Source: a virus
Taxonomy: Duplodnaviria; Caudoviricetes
Reading direction: 5' to 3' (one strand)
DNA length: 64,000 nt
IMG/VR virus record: IMGVR_UViG_2974549060_000001
Location: 1-64,000 of that record
Positions 11,285-20,686 of the stretch are shown piece by piece (positions within the stretch are counted from its first letter, which is position 1; the number at the start of each line of letters is the position of its first letter). Below the pieces are notes generated by a model. It was not told where the DNA came from. It worked only from the letters and a program-made list of their open reading frames with translations, and did not search any database. Made by a program: the position numbers and the translations under genes.

Positions 11285-12073
11285 TTAGCTGAACAGATCC
11301 AGCACCTTGTCATCACCTGCCGGTTTTACAAACCCATCCTCAGTCTGGGTAGTAGGCTGGCCTGCATTTGCAGTCGGAGCCGGGTCAGAAAACAGATCCA
11401 GGCTGTCAGCCGTCACCTCCGGGTGTTCAGCTTCGGTGTTACCACCAAACGGGTTCTGACCAGCAGAAGTTACGACTTCTTTGATATCTTCCGGTTCTGC
11501 GAACAGATCGGCAGCCGGTTGCTCTGGCTGAGATTCCTGTGCTGCTGGCTGCTCTACGCTGCCTGTTGGATCAGCGAACAGGTCAGTTGTTGCTGCTCCT
11601 GCTCCTGCTGCTTCCTGAGTCTCAGTCGCTGCCGACGCCGCTTTATCTGATCCCGTTTCAGGTTTGGTTTCCAGAACTTTTTCGGTTTCCGTACCTTTGG
11701 TTTCAGGCTGCTGCGCGTCCGGGCCTTTTGCTTCGGCTTCGCCAGCCTGCTGCTGTGGTTGCTGAGTTTCTGCTGCTTGTTTAGCTTTCGCTTCATCTGC
11801 TGCAATTTCCTCTTTGGTGCGACGTTTACGACGCTTTTTATCAGGAGTTGCTGCATCAGCATTACCGGTGGCCTTCGGCTCATCTTCGACTACCGGATCG
11901 GTGTCGTCATCGTCGAAAGTGCCCTGCGGAACTTCTTCGCCAACGCCAGCAACAGCTTTGATTTCACCGTTGATTGGCCCGATATGAATTTCGACTGGTG
12001 CCAGGTTAGTCTCGTGCTTCAAGCCTAACAGAACAAGGCGAAGGATATCGTCGGTGGACAGAATGATTTGCAT
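11285..12073 (-). CDS. Acidic, largely disordered protein with a basic KKRRKRRTK patch and four DLF motifs
   Basis: 262 aa, rich in A/E/P/Q/D; follows the resolvase directly. Confidence 0.8.
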   Translation of the reverse strand: MQIILSTDDILRLVLLGLKHETNLAPVEIHIGPINGEIKAVAGVGEEVPQGTFDDDDTDPVVEDEPKATGNADAATPDKKRRKRRTKEEIAADEAKAKQAAETQQPQQQAGEAEAKGPDAQQPETKGTETEKVLETKPETGSDKAASAATETQEAAGAGAATTDLFADPTGSVEQPAAQESQPEQPAADLFAEPEDIKEVVTSAGQNPFGGNTEAEHPEVTADSLDLFSDPAPTANAGQPTTQTEDGFVKPAGDDKVLDLFS

Positions 12074-12078
12074 CTGGA

Positions 12079-12642
12079 TTATTCCTTACTGGCTAACATA
12101 GCCATTGATTTAAATAGATCGGTTTCCATCGCTGCGTAGATCGCTGCAATGGCATCAGCCATATGCTCGGCAAGGCTGGCATTCACCTTACCACCGCGCA
12201 TAGGCCAGGGTGCCTCCGGGTGCTTAGCCATTGCCCAGGCAATCGCCTGAGCTTTGGTAGCTTCGCGTGTACCGGTAATTACCTTTCTGGTTTCAATGGC
12301 ACTCACTTCCACCATTGGGATCTGAGTGTTCGAAGCCAGAGACAGGATACCGATGCACACGCCATAACCGGCCATAGCACGAGCTGACTGGCTCCCGTGA
12401 GGGACTTCTGCTGCTATGAGGTCACATTGCCTCATGCGAGCGATGAAGCCCTTAGAGAGCTGTTTAGCGCGCTCTAAATCCTCAGAACTCTTTCGAGTCC
12501 CTTTGGTCTTCTCAATAACCGGCCTTATAACGTCAAGGTATAAGATCTCAACCTTTTTCACTATTGGGTTATATAACCCTTCGGCAATGCCCCAGTTACT
12601 AAACGATGGGTCACAACCCAGGATCCTTAAACCCTTAGCCAT
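12079..12642 (-). CDS. RuvC-like Holliday junction resolvase
   Basis: ILGCDPSFSNWG, AAEVP and HMADAIA acidic motifs; start trimmed to MAKGLR. Confidence 0.85.
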   Translation of the reverse strand: MAKGLRILGCDPSFSNWGIAEGLYNPIVKKVEILYLDVIRPVIEKTKGTRKSSEDLERAKQLSKGFIARMRQCDLIAAEVPHGSQSARAMAGYGVCIGILSLASNTQIPMVEVSAIETRKVITGTREATKAQAIAWAMAKHPEAPWPMRGGKVNASLAEHMADAIAAIYAAMETDLFKSMAMLASKE

Positions 12643-12973
12643 CAGCTTGCTCGCTTTCTTCGGCTGACGCCTCCGAAGCGACAAGCTGGAATGGCAGCTT
12701 AGCGAAGATTTCACCAGCTACCTGCACACCGGCAACGAATGCCTGGCGTTCAGACGGAGTGAGGCTACGCTCTTTGCCGTGGATGAAGGCTTTGATATTG
12801 ACTTCCTTCGGCGGATTGCTGGCTAGAGCAATCTGCTTCTGCCCATCAGTGTGCCAGTCCACCATAAGTTGTGCGAATAGATCCAGATTTTGAACAGGCA
12901 GCGGGATTACCCCTTTACCATTTGGAGAAGTAGAAGCATGCATATGCTCAGCAAATAATTCGTTATGGCTCAT
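12635..12973 (-). CDS. Hypothetical protein (N4 gp46-like position)
   Basis: Start trimmed to MSHNELF, downstream of a terminator; conserved position after SSB. Confidence 0.65.
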   Translation of the reverse strand: MSHNELFAEHMHASTSPNGKGVIPLPVQNLDLFAQLMVDWHTDGQKQIALASNPPKEVNIKAFIHGKERSLTPSERQAFVAGVQVAGEIFAKLPFQLVASEASAEESEQADG

Positions 12974-12996
12974 AAAAACCTCTGGTTTACATAGAT

Positions 12997-13022
12997 AAAA
13001 AAGCCCACCGAAGTGGGCTTCA
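12997..13022 (-). terminator. Intrinsic terminator (UUCG loop)
   Basis: Minus strand AAGCCCAC-TTCG-GTGGGCTTTTTT. Confidence 0.85.
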
Positions 13023-13036
13023 CTCAAGCCAGATTA

Positions 13037-13801
13037 TTACAGGAACAGATCCGACTGGCCAGCGGTAGTACCGGCAGGTTCGCCTGCACCGCCTGCGAAC
13101 GCACCACCAGGAGCACCGGAAGTACCAGCCTGGCTGACAGCTTTGAACTTGTCGTTCGGTTTACCCTGCCATTTGTCCAGCCACTCTTTGATAAAGACGG
13201 CTTCGGTTTTTTTGGCAATGATTTCACCGACAGTCATGTCGTCGCGGTCGCGGAAGAACTTATCCAGCTCATTGCTGGTACGTTTTTCGTTGGTCGGTTC
13301 GTACTGACCGGTAGACTGGTTTTTCGAGTTTTTGTTTTCGATAACTTCGAGCACACCGGCTTTGATGACTTTGCCGATCAGCGGCATCAGCATCGGTACG
13401 TCGGTAGGCACTTCTTTTTTCAGCTCGTAGTTATAGAGGTTGATGGTTTTCTGCTCGGTAAGATCCTGGAGAGTAACCAGTGGCTTACCAGCAGCTAACA
13501 GGCAGAGGCTATCCATAGACTGGAAGCCCGGCAGATATTTCAGTTCGCCGGTCTGCTTGTCTTTGTATTTGATGGAACCCTGCTTGTTTGACACGTAAGT
13601 GGTAAAGCGGTGTTTGTTGCCAGTCGCAACGTTTTTCAGCTCCAAGTTGACAGCTTTCGCGCCACCAGCAGATTTACTGAAATACGCTAACAGAATTTCG
13701 AACTGATACACGTCAGAGGTCAGGGTTTTAAAACCACCACCTACAACGTCTTTTTCTACCGCATTACCTGCATCGTACTCTGCACTATCTAAAAAGCCCA
13801 T
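13037..13801 (-). CDS. ssb: Single-stranded DNA-binding protein (N4 gp45-like)
   Basis: 254 aa; synteny after the AAA gene; LPGFQSMDSL segment; G/A-rich linker and short C-terminal tail QSDLFL. Confidence 0.8.
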   Translation of the reverse strand: MGFLDSAEYDAGNAVEKDVVGGGFKTLTSDVYQFEILLAYFSKSAGGAKAVNLELKNVATGNKHRFTTYVSNKQGSIKYKDKQTGELKYLPGFQSMDSLCLLAAGKPLVTLQDLTEQKTINLYNYELKKEVPTDVPMLMPLIGKVIKAGVLEVIENKNSKNQSTGQYEPTNEKRTSNELDKFFRDRDDMTVGEIIAKKTEAVFIKEWLDKWQGKPNDKFKAVSQAGTSGAPGGAFAGGAGEPAGTTAGQSDLFL

Positions 13802-13818
13802 AACATTACCTTTCTGGT

Positions 13819-14355
13819 TTATTTTTCGGATCCGTGATTCTCACTAAATCCGAGTTCAATTAATTTTTTGCGTCTGGTTTCAACAGCCTCAGCCGCAGTC
13901 ACGAACGATTTCTGATACACCTTCTTACCGTCCATCGTTATCTCAGCAACATAGCGATTCCTGCGCTTGTTGTACCACACGCCCTGGTGACCAGTAACTG
14001 TATCCCTCAGTGCAGCCTTGTTTCGCATGTTCTGCTTAAAGGTTATGTCCTGGAGGTTGTCGATCCAGTTATGGTCACGAACCTGGTCTTTATGGTCGAT
14101 CTGTCCCTCTGGCCATCTACCGTAGTAGATGAACCAGCTAAGGATGTGTTCCGGGTAGCTCTTACCAAAAATGGTTATGCTACGATACCCCGTACTTGGA
14201 GTTTTACTCCCAGCACGAGAACCGAGAACAATTCCCTTATTATGAAACTTACCAATCCAAACAAGATGTCCAGTATTAGGGTCATATTCCAGTACCGATT
14301 TTAACAGTTGTTGGGTTAGATCTTCTTTACGTAGTCGCATCACCGTAATACTCAT
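13819..14355 (-). CDS. Free-standing HNH homing endonuclease with AP2-like domain
   Basis: YDPNTG...IDHKDQVRDHNWIDNL...GHQGVWYNKRRNRYVAEI. Confidence 0.88.
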   Translation of the reverse strand: MSITVMRLRKEDLTQQLLKSVLEYDPNTGHLVWIGKFHNKGIVLGSRAGSKTPSTGYRSITIFGKSYPEHILSWFIYYGRWPEGQIDHKDQVRDHNWIDNLQDITFKQNMRNKAALRDTVTGHQGVWYNKRRNRYVAEITMDGKKVYQKSFVTAAEAVETRRKKLIELGFSENHGSEK

Positions 14356-15064
14356 GCAGGCGGTCTAAGACCAGTTGCATGTCATTATCAATGAATGTTT
14401 CGTTTGCCGCAAATAGACCCATAGGGCCACGGAGTCTCTCGTTCACCGTGTCTTTTGTGATCATCGTCTGAAATACATACTTGAAGCCCAGAGCTTCTTC
14501 CTGCGGAGTGATCGTCAGCAAGCCAGACTTGTACTCTTCGAGGTCAGTCAGCTTTTTCTTTTTGGCTGCGATAACGCATGAGAAGTAGGATTCAATCCCG
14601 TTATTTTTCAGAGAACCTTTAACAGGTACGGAAGTCTCTCGCACCATCTCGTCAGTCACATCGTCCTTAACATGGGCGGTGAAGATGACGTTCTTGGTGG
14701 ACTTAGCTACCAGATCCTGCATCAGGTATTTGAAGAACTGAGCGAAGTTCGACCAGCCTTCCATTTTATTTGCCAGGGGCAGCACATACTTACTCTCATA
14801 CATATCGAGTAGATACGTCAGACTGTCCACCACGATGGTGTGAATCTCTGGCTTGGACTCCGCAGCAGTAAACATCTGCGGGATGTGTTTGATCGGATCC
14901 GTGATCACTCGTTCAATGAACTTTGAACGGAACGGTAATTTCTTACCGGCTTCGCAGTTCAGGTAGAGAACCCCTTCGGGATTCTTAATGTTACGCAGCG
15001 ATGCAGATTTGCCATTCGCAGCTTTACCTACCAGCAGGACGAGGTTGTCATTGGTATGGGACAT
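14327..15064 (-). CDS. AAA/Sak4-like recombination ATPase (N4 gp44-like)
   Basis: Walker A GKAANGKS; Walker B IVVDSLT; FTAH motif. Confidence 0.85.
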   Translation of the reverse strand: MSHTNDNLVLLVGKAANGKSASLRNIKNPEGVLYLNCEAGKKLPFRSKFIERVITDPIKHIPQMFTAAESKPEIHTIVVDSLTYLLDMYESKYVLPLANKMEGWSNFAQFFKYLMQDLVAKSTKNVIFTAHVKDDVTDEMVRETSVPVKGSLKNNGIESYFSCVIAAKKKKLTDLEEYKSGLLTITPQEEALGFKYVFQTMITKDTVNERLRGPMGLFAANETFIDNDMQLVLDRLHEYYGDATT

Positions 15065-15315
15065 TAATCTTCACCTCCCAACACTTCCACGTAAATTTCG
15101 TTAGGGTCTTCACCGCGTTGCTCGCAGTGTTCTTCCCATAACGCCCAATGCTCACCGAGAAAGTCTCGGAGACTCACAATCTGATCTTCGTCCACCGGTT
15201 GTATTACCTCTTCTGGATTATCGGGTGGTTGAGTCCACCCACATGGGCAATCATGGCATTCACCATCTCCACCCATTAAATAATTTCCGCATGATCCGCA
15301 GTACAGCTTTTTCAC
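15064..15315 (-). CDS. Small Zn-ribbon protein
   Basis: CGSC...CHDCPC; probable GTG start after a GGAGG SD. Confidence 0.6.
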   Translation of the reverse strand: MKKLYCGSCGNYLMGGDGECHDCPCGWTQPPDNPEEVIQPVDEDQIVSLRDFLGEHWALWEEHCEQRGEDPNEIYVEVLGGED

Positions 15316-15378
15316 GCTTTCCTCCTTAAAGATGCCCCCCGAAGGGGGCAAGGCCACACAACGAGCGGAAGCTCGTTA

Positions 15379-15927
15379 TTACTTAAAGCCGTCTACGACA
15401 GACTTAAAGATAAAGTCTTTCGCTTTCTGATCGGCTGGCAGGTCGGCATACGGCAGGAAGCAAGGATGTTCCTTCTTCTCTACGTCTTTGACCGGGCCAT
15501 ACTTCCAGCCATCGGCTTCTTTAACAGCCAGCCGGCTTTCGTGGGATTGCTCCGGAGTAACGTCGTTTGCCAGATGGAAACGGACGCCAGCACGGGCAGA
15601 CTCTTTCTGCCACTCCGGTGCTTCATCCCAGCTTGACTGAGAATTGTCGCCCAGAGATTGGCAGTAACCACGATTAGCAGAGTGTGCAGCACGGCTGATA
15701 AGCTCTACCAGATATGATTCGACTTCGGTATTACCGGCATCGAACACACCTTTCGGTGACCAGGAGTGATACTCTTCCGGGGTGTCTTTGGAGTACACCA
15801 CCAGATAGCCTTCGCTACCTGGGTCACCAATCAGATCTGGTTTCTTGGCGTGTTCTTTGAACTCGCCCAGAGTCATCGGTGCTGCCCACACCAGTTTATG
15901 GCTTTGGTACTGTTTAAGTTCTGACAT
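15379..15927 (-). CDS. Two-domain protein: phage N-terminal domain (KQYxSHK..GYLVVY..SWSPK.VF) fused to a RyR domain
   Basis: C-terminal SHES(R)LAVKEADGWKYGPVKDVEKKEHPCFLPYADLP matches the RyR repeat consensus. Confidence 0.8.
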   Translation of the reverse strand: MSELKQYQSHKLVWAAPMTLGEFKEHAKKPDLIGDPGSEGYLVVYSKDTPEEYHSWSPKGVFDAGNTEVESYLVELISRAAHSANRGYCQSLGDNSQSSWDEAPEWQKESARAGVRFHLANDVTPEQSHESRLAVKEADGWKYGPVKDVEKKEHPCFLPYADLPADQKAKDFIFKSVVDGFK

Positions 15928-15934
15928 GTTTACC

Positions 15935-18097
15935 TCAAGGATGAGCCAGTTTTTTGGAAACGGTGATCATGATGGAGCCATTGATTTCTGCTTCATCAAG
16001 TTTGTCCGGCAGTTTGTTATTGAGGTCAATCACGCGAGCGCGAATACCCTCAAAGTCAAAGCCAGCATCAATAAGAATGGTGGCATAACGCAGCAACATG
16101 TTGTTGCGGTTACCATCACCTGTATTGTTGATAACCCAACGTTCCAGGTTATCCAGTTGCTGTTGGCTACCCAGCAGTTCTTTACGGTCTTCGTTCTTAC
16201 TGGTTTTCGGGATGAATGGTAGTACATCAAACATCTCACCGTCCTGGTACTCAAAGTGCCCCTTATTAGACAGCCACTTTTTACAGCGGTGCTTACAGGA
16301 CTCGTCCACTTCAAACGGTAATCCTTCGATTACGTTCGTCATAAACTCTTTGTATTCCTTCGCATCCATGTACAGCTCATAGTTGACTGGCATGATGATA
16401 CGGAAACGGTTGGCTTGATCGGTGTGACGCTTGGTCGTATAGAACAACGCCTTCTGCCCCTGGAGTAACAGCTTGGCCGTACTCAGTTGCATGGTGCCGT
16501 CGATATCCAGCACGATGAGGTTGAAGCCAGGAATGGCGTTCTCTTCGTTCCGGTATCCGCTCGCAACGTGGTGGTTCAGCCAGTGTACACCATCGGTTGT
16601 CACCATCTGGTGCAGCTTGTCGAACGGTGCTCGCCGGGCCTGATAACCAGTAGTCATATCCTGGTTTTGGGTATAAGCCAGAATCATCTCAGCAAGATCA
16701 GTTTTCTTAAGGGTTTCACCCCGTAGGAACTGAATGCCGTCGTTAAACGACTTCTTGATGATGACGTTATTTTTATAACCCCAGGCAGTTGCCATAGTGA
16801 TCATTTCGTCTTTCTGGTTACGACCCCCACGGAAATATGGCAGGTCTTCATCCAGGTCAGCGAGAGTCACTTCGTTCTTGGTGGTAGCCAGATACTTCGC
16901 CAACTTGACGTAAGGGCGCTCTGGAGTCATCAGCTTGGCAAATGCCTCACCTGATTCTTCCACCAGCTTAATGGCATTCTCCAGGTGATCCTGGGTAATG
17001 ACCGCCGATTCGTCAACGAAGGCATAGGCCGCAGCCAGCTTCAACGTCTTGAAGTAGCGATGATCCATTTCGCTTTTCTTAACGCTTTCGTGTTCGCTGT
17101 ATTCAGCTCCCCGTTCTTCGCATAACAGACGATAGCGAAGCAGCTCCAGACATACCGGCTCCGGGATGAATACCTTTTTACGGACATTCGCCACGTCAGC
17201 CAGACGGCCTAACTGGGTGCTGAGATCTTCGATGAAGTTGTTGCCCGCAGCATTGAACATCTGGGCCATCATCTCTTCTGCCGTTACGCCAGCTTTCTTC
17301 TTGCTGCCAATAACGAATCCGAACAGACAGCGGCGGGCATACCCCATTTCCAGCATGTCATTAAGACGACGCTCGGTAATGTCACCATCAAACAGCTTGG
17401 TCGGAGTACCGAACAGCAGCATATTGGTTGGGGTTGTGCCAGTGAGTCGCTCATGGCGAACGTTCTCGCTGGTGGACTTGACCAGCTTTTCCTTGACCAT
17501 ACCCAGGTCATAAAGTTCCAGGAAGGTGTCCAGCACTTCGGTTTGACCTACGAGGTTTGCACCTACTTCATCAATCTGGAGGTTAACCGCCCCGGCATTA
17601 CCCATCAGCAACTTGTGTCGCATCTGCTTAACTGCCGGGGTGGTGCCTGAGTCAAAGCTGAATAACAGGGAACCCAGACTGTCGAACTCTTTGCGCACCG
17701 CATTAAGTTCGTCATTTGGATCAACCGTGAAGTCAGCAGTGCTCTTACGGGTTGCACGTTTGTGAGCCAGTTCCAGTAAGTGTTGCTCTGCAATCTCTGG
17801 GAACGTATATTCCAGGAAGTTTTCCCGGAACTGGTTTACGATCTCACGTTCGATGAGACTGGTTGAATAACCTTTACCGGTGCCTGACGGCGACAGGTTC
17901 AGGGCATAGATATTGATCGGCAGACTGCCCCGGTCAAAACCGTGGATTTCAGCACGCATTGACGATGCAATTTGTGCCCAGTAATACGCCAGTACCACAC
18001 GGAAGAATAACCGCTCTTGATTCTGGGTTTTAGTGCAGAGAATATCGACGACCTGCTCCGACATTGGATGATAGGCCATCTCACTTACTGGTTTCAT
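15935..18097 (-). CDS. DNA primase/helicase-like replication protein (N4 gp43-like)
   Basis: 720 aa; P-loop SPSGTGKG; C-terminal PriCT-like GNRNNMLLRYA; synteny. Confidence 0.85.
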   Translation of the reverse strand: MKPVSEMAYHPMSEQVVDILCTKTQNQERLFFRVVLAYYWAQIASSMRAEIHGFDRGSLPINIYALNLSPSGTGKGYSTSLIEREIVNQFRENFLEYTFPEIAEQHLLELAHKRATRKSTADFTVDPNDELNAVRKEFDSLGSLLFSFDSGTTPAVKQMRHKLLMGNAGAVNLQIDEVGANLVGQTEVLDTFLELYDLGMVKEKLVKSTSENVRHERLTGTTPTNMLLFGTPTKLFDGDITERRLNDMLEMGYARRCLFGFVIGSKKKAGVTAEEMMAQMFNAAGNNFIEDLSTQLGRLADVANVRKKVFIPEPVCLELLRYRLLCEERGAEYSEHESVKKSEMDHRYFKTLKLAAAYAFVDESAVITQDHLENAIKLVEESGEAFAKLMTPERPYVKLAKYLATTKNEVTLADLDEDLPYFRGGRNQKDEMITMATAWGYKNNVIIKKSFNDGIQFLRGETLKKTDLAEMILAYTQNQDMTTGYQARRAPFDKLHQMVTTDGVHWLNHHVASGYRNEENAIPGFNLIVLDIDGTMQLSTAKLLLQGQKALFYTTKRHTDQANRFRIIMPVNYELYMDAKEYKEFMTNVIEGLPFEVDESCKHRCKKWLSNKGHFEYQDGEMFDVLPFIPKTSKNEDRKELLGSQQQLDNLERWVINNTGDGNRNNMLLRYATILIDAGFDFEGIRARVIDLNNKLPDKLDEAEINGSIMITVSKKLAHP

Positions 18098-18107
18098 TGG
18101 GTCACTC

Positions 18108-19097
18108 CTAATCGAGGATAAGGTCGCCAGACTCGACCAATTTATCCTTTTGTTTACAAACGGTGAATGCAGGGCAGTATTTACACGCCCCGACCTGACC
18201 TCGTACTTCTACGACTTCACCCTTACCACCTTTGCTCTGCCAGAAGGCAATTGCTTCACCTTCATCAGCGAAGTTTTTGGTGGCACGGGCTTTGTTGGCC
18301 GGGTTGCTGTAATACTTCCAGACCGGTTCGCTACGCCATAATTCGTCGTCAGTACATTCAGGGATTTCTTCATCTGGCTTATTCATGTATTCCAGAATCT
18401 GCTTCAAGCGATTCAGAACATAAGCCTCTGTATCTTCCACTGACATGAGCTTGTACTTACGTGGCATCATGCGTCGGGCTGGGTACTTAGGATCAGAACG
18501 GGACATTCCACGCTGCCAGTCAGTAAAGATGAACTGAATGGTGAGTACATCCTTCGTAATAATCTCTGGGTTAAGCCAGCGATAGATTGAGCCTTGCAGG
18601 ATATAGTCTTCATCCTTCCGGCCTTTAATCCAGGTGTAAACACTGGTTGACTTAAAGTCTTCCAGTCCACCATCACCCACAAAGTCGAACTTACCTGAGA
18701 CACGGAATCCCATCAGCTCTTTAAAGCTGCGGAGTTCCATGTAAACAGGGATGCTGTCCGGTTTGAGGTCTTCGGGTTTGGGGTTGAACACTATACGTTC
18801 AATAATGTTCGGGGGATACCCCAAATCCTGGAGTGCCTGCACACGAGTTTTCTCGTCTGACCAGGCTTTCTCGATACCATCGTGAACGGCTGTACCAAAA
18901 CGGGCAGCAATGAAATCCTCAAGATCGGGGATATCAGCACCCTGGGGTACACGACGGGCCAGAATATACTGGCGTAAAGGTCGAATCAGTGACGTAGCCG
19001 AAATGGTCTTCGGGATATAGTCATAATGATCGACGGCGAGAAATAGAGCTACCGACAACGGGATATTCTCCCGGTTGGTAATCTTGCGCTTTCCCAT
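18108..19097 (-). CDS. PD-(D/E)XK exonuclease (N4 gp42-like)
   Basis: GTAVH, SGKFDFVGDGGLEDFKS, terminal CKYCPAFTVC. Confidence 0.82.
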   Translation of the reverse strand: MGKRKITNRENIPLSVALFLAVDHYDYIPKTISATSLIRPLRQYILARRVPQGADIPDLEDFIAARFGTAVHDGIEKAWSDEKTRVQALQDLGYPPNIIERIVFNPKPEDLKPDSIPVYMELRSFKELMGFRVSGKFDFVGDGGLEDFKSTSVYTWIKGRKDEDYILQGSIYRWLNPEIITKDVLTIQFIFTDWQRGMSRSDPKYPARRMMPRKYKLMSVEDTEAYVLNRLKQILEYMNKPDEEIPECTDDELWRSEPVWKYYSNPANKARATKNFADEGEAIAFWQSKGGKGEVVEVRGQVGACKYCPAFTVCKQKDKLVESGDLILD

Positions 19098-19621
19098 TAC
19101 TGTTCCTCACGTTTAGCCTTACTTAAGATCCGGCCAGCGTAATGAACCATTTTCTCGGCATCATAAACACCCTTCTGGCCTGGTTTTCCGTTACCCTGCC
19201 GGGCAGCGGCTGTACGCCATAGAGCCTTGAAGATACAACCTTCATCGAAAGTCATACCCAGTGCCTGGATAATATCCTCGCACTCGGCCATATAAGCATC
19301 TTGTTCCTCACGCTGAGGACTCTCAACGTAAGCGAGGTAGTAATTAACTCTACTACCAGTCAGCTCAGGTGTCTCTGATGGAGTCGCTGTCGCTTCCTCT
19401 TCGGCTATGCCTTCGAGTTGCTCCAGCTCCAGAGCGTATTTCTGAACTTGCCCACTCCAGTAAGCTACCTTACGTGGGTTGCAGGACATTTTCAGGCAGT
19501 TACGAGCATCGTGCAGACGCTCTTTAACAGAAGCGATAGCACGTTCTTTTTTAGTTCTACGAACCTGTGGCATTTCCCACTCCGCATTCATAATTTTGGG
19601 GGAGAGTTCAGGATATTTCAT
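19097..19621 (-). CDS. Hypothetical protein with a DUF3310-like C-terminal domain
   Basis: ECEDII..MTFDEGCIFKALWR..G..YDAEKMVHY pattern. Confidence 0.55.
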   Translation of the reverse strand: MKYPELSPKIMNAEWEMPQVRRTKKERAIASVKERLHDARNCLKMSCNPRKVAYWSGQVQKYALELEQLEGIAEEEATATPSETPELTGSRVNYYLAYVESPQREEQDAYMAECEDIIQALGMTFDEGCIFKALWRTAAARQGNGKPGQKGVYDAEKMVHYAGRILSKAKREEQ

Positions 19622-19646
19622 ACCTGTTCCTATGCCCGGAAGGGCA

Positions 19647-19814
19647 TTACTTACGCTTAACCTGTAGTGACAATCCGTGTTTATAGGCCCAGCCCTTAAT
19701 CCTTTCTGGCTTACAGTTCAGGATCTTTGCCATGATATCTACTGATACCTTACCGGCTTTATCAAAGACGTATCTTTGTTCTGCCGGCGACAATTGGCTG
19801 TACTTCTTGCCCAC
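19647..19814 (-). CDS. Small HTH-like protein (55 aa, GTG start)
   Basis: Manual translation MGKKYSQLSPAEQRYVFDKAGKVSVDIMAKILNCKPERIKGWAYKHGLSLQVKRK; GAGG SD. Confidence 0.6.
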   Translation of the reverse strand: MGKKYSQLSPAEQRYVFDKAGKVSVDIMAKILNCKPERIKGWAYKHGLSLQVKRK

Positions 19815-19821
19815 GGTTACC

Positions 19822-20589
19822 TCAACGAGTTAGTGCGGCCCAGGAGACTGGGTACAGTGGTTCGACAACGGCTTTGACCAGTTCAGCAAGCTCCTGGTTT
19901 TCACCTTGAGCATGTGGGTCAGAGCGTTTGTTATAAAAGTTTGCGTAGGCAAACAGGTTACCAGTCCAAAGCCAGTTAACCATTGCACCTTGCGGTAGTA
20001 CCAGACGGGCTTGCTCTGGGGCAACATTGTATCCCAGCATCTGTTCGTACAGACGGACGGCACTGGTGGTCTGAGCGATATACTCACGCTGAATCAGCTC
20101 GTTCATCGGATGTAGACCGCCACTACCCTGTTTAATCGAACCTTTTGGTTTGGTACGGAACTCCGGCAGGAAGATCTCTGGGGTACTGGTGATATAACGA
20201 CGGGACTCTTCGTTTTCAACCAGTCCCTGTTTGTGCTTAAAGCACTGGGTACGGATTGGGATCGGTGCCTTCATGCTGATACTGATTGCAGTATGGGCGA
20301 AAGGCGTCCAGTGTGTAGCCTGATGACGGATCTGGTTATACAGCTCCAGAGCATCCCCGATACCGTCATAGTCTTCACCGTCAAAGCCACGGGCGATATA
20401 GTCAATAACCTTATCGCATTCTTCAGTACGCAAACCATAAGCCAGGAATTTGATTAGGTTAATATCCTTCTGGACTAAGGGTTGGTCTGAGGGCTTAACC
20501 GCTCCAATACCAAAGGACAGACGGGCTGCATTGACCACCGACTTATCGGTGCCCATATGATCGACATAAATTGCTGATTGTTGGGACAT
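19822..20589 (-). CDS. thyX: Flavin-dependent thymidylate synthase
   Basis: VVNAARLSF, HWTPF, KHKQGLVENEESRRY, EQARLVLPQ, RSDPHAQ. Confidence 0.92.
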   Translation of the reverse strand: MSQQSAIYVDHMGTDKSVVNAARLSFGIGAVKPSDQPLVQKDINLIKFLAYGLRTEECDKVIDYIARGFDGEDYDGIGDALELYNQIRHQATHWTPFAHTAISISMKAPIPIRTQCFKHKQGLVENEESRRYITSTPEIFLPEFRTKPKGSIKQGSGGLHPMNELIQREYIAQTTSAVRLYEQMLGYNVAPEQARLVLPQGAMVNWLWTGNLFAYANFYNKRSDPHAQGENQELAELVKAVVEPLYPVSWAALTR

Positions 20590-20686
20590 GGTATTTCTCC
20601 AGTTTATTACGCATTACCGGGCAGGGAACTGCCCACCGGTAGGAAAATAGTTTATGATTTAGGCATTCGAATATAGGAGAGTAATC

